A stretch of DNA of 64,000 nucleotides from Trichoplax adhaerens (taxonomy: Eukaryota > Animalia > Placozoa), in the NCBI RefSeq assembly GCF_000150275.1, contig NW_002060947.1, positions 5,964,286 to 6,028,285 of the forward strand, written 5' to 3'. Of this stretch, positions 55,001 to 64,000 are shown in pieces. A program made the position numbers and the translations under genes. Each line of letters starts with the position of its first letter. Position 1 is the first letter of the stretch. The notes below the pieces were generated by a model. That model was not told where the DNA came from, did not search any database, and was given only the letters and a program-made list of their open reading frames with translations.

Positions 55001-57696
55001 TCAGTAGCTCCAATATTTTCACGTTGGCCATTAGCGACCAAGACAACAGGAATAATAATGGCACACATAATAACGATGGCTACAGGGACTCCAATAACAA
55101 TTTTTAATCTATTACTCATTTCTCTCATGATGAGATAATTGATCTAATCGATACTGACAGGGAAAAAGTTGTTAAAGAATTGGATGTCGATAGCAGATCA
55201 GCTAGAGTTGCAATTCCTTTGGATCTGGAAGGCAGTAAGAGCCAGTCAGTACCGTACTACCACATTGAAACAGCAGAAATTATAAAGTGCTTACGGAATG
55301 ACTAATTAAATAATGCTCTACATGCATACATATGGAATCGCTCCAACATGTCGATTTAATGTTCTCATTCTGCCTATTATATACTTAGGACTAGCCAATT
55401 AAATTGTATGTCAATAGTAATATCGATTATAATAGACAGCACTCTTCTTCTCAGTTCAATTTGCTTAATTAATTGATCCTTTAATTAGAAAGACTCATAG
55501 ATAATTCATGCTATTCATCACTTGATCGGTTTGATATCGTATCAAAGCTATTCCTTGATGACCTTGTATACTTTCTATGCCCATCCATGTTAAGAGGAAA
55601 AGCATGCAAGAATTTTTAATTTTCTACTAGACAGGATAAATGTTTTTTACTATGTTAATCAAGTCATGGTTGCTAATAGCTCGAAATTCCACTATCCCAT
55701 TACTTATTTTTTAAAATGAATTGCGTTGCCATATTGGATAAAATTACAAATAAAAACTGAACATAAAACCGCAGCATACTGGGCCCAGATTATATGACAT
55801 GGGCAAAAGTCAATTTGTAAACTTGGGCAAATCTAATTTTTGGTCTTACTTTTATAATTAATCGATAATTTCACGTGACTTTGATAACAGGTATGGTCAT
55901 ATGGGAACTACTTTTAGGGCACGTGTAAATAGCTGCTAAAGTTATTTTACCTAAATATAATGAATTCATTGCATAAAAAATCGACTTAACTAAGCGTATA
56001 ATAAAAGGTTTATAGATTTCAAAATACAGGAAATTTTATTAATATTTAAGTTGATACACTTTAGTAAATTGCTTCAGTTGTATGCAGTAAAAATTGTTTT
56101 TAAAATCTCGTATTTTTCTTGATAATAATAATAAAAATGTGGTTCACTATATTTAAGTTGTTAAATAATTATAATTTAGTGATTGCGTCGTTTACAAGAG
56201 TACCTAAATATTTGCCTGCTTTGCCCGAATTCGTAATATTTACGAACTTGTATATGTTACAATGTATATTCTTTACGGTATAATATGCCTAAAATAAATC
56301 GAAAGAGATATATTTTCTAATTCAGTGTAACCATGGAATATCAATTTTTCAAACATTTATCGTCTGTTAAACACTAATATTTCTAGTTCTGAAATAAGTT
56401 GGAGTCCAAATATGTATACTAGTTTGACGATAATAGTTCATATTATTGTCTACAATTTAAATTTACTTAATAACCCATGGACTATTAGTTTTTCCTAGGC
56501 TACAAGTAACCCTATCTAGATCATCGTATAAATCAGATCAACCATCATTCACCGTATGCTATATCTACAACGAACTAGGCCTTGCTTTAACTCAATTCTT
56601 AGCACCAACAAGCAATACCAATTCGTTATTATCCGTCATTCCACTAAATATGAAGATCTAAAATTTTAAAGCATACTTTAATATTAAAATAAATGTAAAT
56701 TAATTATCTAACGTATCTTAATCGATCATCTTCTCATAACCAAACATGTAGATACGATATCTCAATTAGTAAAACCACTTATAAAGTCAGCATTCGAGAC
56801 AATTTCATTTATTACGTTTAGCATCATTACGGAAACTTTCAAAATACATCAGAATGGATAATAGACAATAAGATGTTCCTTAATTTAAGTCAAACAATAT
56901 TCCATAAATTCTTTTCGATTGTACTACGGAATTATAATTATCAACTCAAGCTTGATCTATTCTATCAAGACTAAATGATTTATCATAACAAATCAGCTTA
57001 CAATAATCTATCAAATCAATGGAACGATAGCTAATGGAATAATTATAGCTCAATTTCCAAAGCCAGTCCCATTACATCTAGCTGAAAATAAAGTACCCTA
57101 CTCTATCAATTTGTTTTCGTCTCAAAAATTGGGTAGCGATCAGGCATTAAATTAAAAATTCAATTTCCATAATGAGTACACAACATTTACCTAAAACACC
57201 ACTTCTCCTCCCTATCAATTTAACGTTATCTTAGAAACTGATGACGAAAAGCAGAGTCATTTACGCCATAGCTCTATTTCTAAAGCGAACAAATTACATC
57301 TAATTGCGAGTCACTATCTCCTAACGAGTTATCATAATCTTAATACAGACAACAAAAATGCAACATTTCGGATGTACCTGCAATGAATAATACTATAACT
57401 GGATCAAAATAGGCATAAAATATGACTAGTTTTTCGGCTATTGCTACGGAAAGACTTCTGGTATACATTAATTTAGCCTGAAAAAGTTGCTAAAGCTATC
57501 CAAGGCGCTTTGCAAGTACAAACTAACTCTTGACAATGGCATTAAAATTTGATTAACAGGTAAACACAAGTAGAAGATAATTTTAAATGCATAAGCTGAA
57601 CTAGCAGCTTTGCTACCAAAATTAAGTATGGTAGCCGGTAAAGTTAAAATTATTCTATGGCTATTTGGATAACTCTAGGTTGCTGTTGCCATAACC

Positions 57697-63883
<6,187 letters not shown>

Positions 63884-64000
63884 CTATCGAAACGTTTGCA
63901 GAAACTATCAGTAAAATAACATACATAACTTAATATTTTAGATGCTCGATCACGTATTTCCTTTGATGAAATTATTAACCTTAGGTTTATATTTGTAATC

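Overview
AT-rich eukaryotic (animal) genomic DNA with short GT-AG introns. The style resembles a compact basal-metazoan genome such as a placozoan, but that is inference. The window is almost entirely a head-to-tail tandem array, all on the minus strand, of five glycoside hydrolase family 31 (GH31) alpha-glucosidase genes of the maltase-glucoamylase / sucrase-isomaltase / lysosomal acid alpha-glucosidase (GAA) type. The architecture is an N-terminal type II membrane anchor, Thr/Pro/Ser-rich stalk, trefoil (P-type) domain and one GH31 catalytic unit, in a shared 21-exon structure. Labelled left to right: A (exons 1-2 only, runs off the left edge), B (complete, ~941 aa, canonical active site), C (complete, ~995 aa, with W->N, D->N, F->Y and R->S changes at conserved active-site positions), D (two in-frame stops, loss of one trefoil disulfide pair, solo LTR in intron 1: a young pseudogene) and E (exons 6-21, runs off the right edge, one GC-AG intron). 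Also present: an intronless 'anchor plus stalk only' membrane-protein ORF with its own TATA box between B and A, a 562-bp near-identical inverted copy of B's terminal exon and 3' UTR upstream of B, and many degenerate minisatellites. Exon coordinates were read by hand and may be off by a base or two.
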